In this document: piece after piece, positions 61,971 to 64,000 of the stretch
Layout: the number at the start of each line of letters is the position of its first letter
Position numbering within the stretch: the stretch's first letter is position 1
Assembly (NCBI RefSeq): GCF_009914755.1
Contig: NC_060940.1
Direction: 5' to 3' (one strand)
DNA from: the human T2T-CHM13v2.0 reference genome, Homo sapiens
DNA: 64,000 nt
Translations under genes and position numbers: made by a program
The notes under the pieces: model-generated
Seen by the model: only the letters and a program-made list of their open reading frames with translations
The model's database searches: none
What the model was told of the DNA's origin: nothing

Positions 61971-63534
61971 CCATGCTTGAGAGCTCAAGCTTTATTCTGG
62001 AGGCACTGAGGTTCTATGGCAGATAGAGTTTGAGAGTACTTACCTGTTTCGTGAAGGTCCAGTGCTGCTAGAGACATTAAAGTTGCTGAAGTGGTTTTTG
62101 GTCATATAATTTGTGAATCTTATTAACCATCCCTTGACAAAGAACTGAGAATTGTTGATCATATTGTAAAATAGAATGTAAATGGCCATGCAGTTTCTTT
62201 GTATAGATTCTCCAAATTATTGGAATATGAGCCAATTCCATGGGATTAATTTAGGTCCTATTATCTGCAATAAGACATCCCTTGTCAGATTTTCGTTGTC
62301 AGGGGCAAGTCTAAAATGTCCAACCATTGCATGCAAACTCGTAGTAAAGCCATTGTCTAGTTATTAACAAATGATGAGCAGGTGAGTGAATTGACAGGAA
62401 TTATTCTTTTGGGATGTTGCCTCTGGTAGAACCTCAGTTATGGCCTCTGTCATTCTCCCTTCCTAATTTCATTATCTTCCAAATATTATTGACCTCAGAT
62501 GTTAAGAAAGGTCCAGGTTCCTGGGGGTCGGCACATCGTTCCTTCTTTTGCCAGATATAAGAAACTTTGGGGACCTTGGCTACCAGCCTTTTCCTGTCAG
62601 GAAGGTCTGGTGCCATCCTCTTTGATATTGCCCTGTGCCTGTCTAGGTTGGCAGTCTTGTGACAAATCAGTACCTGTCATGGCCCGTGGGTACTTTGGCA
62701 CTTCAGAGCCATGCAGAATGTGGACAGTGGGTTTGGAATTGTCATTGAGATGCCACTTTCTTATTCTTCTTGTGTTGGTGCCTAGAGTCACAATCCGGCC
62801 TGAAGGGCCAGGAGGTTTTCTGGCCCAGGGTAGATCCCCCTTGGCCCACGTACAAGAATCTTCATGCTGACTGAGTTGGAATCTCCTGGTGAGAAGTGAT
62901 TTGTTGTCCTGATGAGAATGTAAACACTTGCTAAAGTTGAGTATCGTCTCTCATGTGAGTTCTATTATAGCCTTCTGTGTTTATAAACATGTCTTGAGCA
63001 TGAGGGAGAAATGTGGTAACCTTTGAGTCCCCAAGAAAATGTTCATTTGTTTTCTCTGTGGGCTGAAATTAAGATAACTCAGCATCCTTCTCTGAGCATC
63101 CCATATCCCTCTTGCTTTTCCTAGCAGGCCTGGGATGATGCCCAGTTTGCCATTTCCTAATTGTTCCATCCTCTTCCAGTAGAGTCTGTTATCTTTTGAA
63201 AAAGTACAGTTCATATTCAGCAGGCATCTACCAGCGGGGCTCAAAGTCCAGGGAAGTCCTCAGTCCAGTCTAACAAACTGTTATTAAATTTTTTTAAAGG
63301 TTTAAGGTGTCGAACATTTGAGAAAACAGAGTTGCTGCCCTTGTGCTGCTCACATGTGTGTTAGCACATGTAACAGACATACACATGAATAAGGCATGAT
63401 GTGCAGTGGCAAATGAGGGGGTAGAAAATACATGTTCTGAGGGTGCTGCAGAGAACAGAAGTCAGATTCAGAAAACTGGGCAAGACTTTATGGAAGAGGA
63501 GTGCCTTTCAATTGTGCCTTGAAAGGTGAATTAG

Positions 63535-64000
<466 letters not shown>

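Overview
Human (or very close great-ape) genomic DNA from inside FTO, the Fe(II)/2-oxoglutarate-dependent RNA m6A/m6Am demethylase gene (chr16q12.2), transcribed on the + strand. The window holds most of intron 4, coding exons 5 (27820-27899), 6 (33878-34021) and 7 (42881-43000), and the first ~21 kb of intron 7. The exons splice in frame to D299-V413 of FTO, including the Fe-ligand H307 and the 2-OG-binding R316/R322. The rest is intronic: about 25 Alus, L1, L2, MIR, LTR and DNA-transposon remnants, plus microsatellites. The ORF-track entries are repeat-derived or chance ORFs. I see no prokaryote-type system and no new standalone gene. The most interesting signals are RNA-level and structural: (1) an in-frame 63-nt cassette-exon candidate in intron 7 behind a T28 tract; (2) a young ~330-bp inverted duplication inside an old L1; (3) a chain of overlapping palindromes expanded in an Alu upstream of exon 7; (4) inverted Alus flanking exon 6, and a junction-spanning 71-aa ORF that would exist only in an exon 5-7 circular RNA; (5) a ~6-kb retroelement-poor candidate enhancer block. 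Repeat family names and boundaries were assigned by eye from remembered consensus sequences and need RepeatMasker/Dfam confirmation. Exon and residue numbering follows the canonical 505-aa isoform as remembered.
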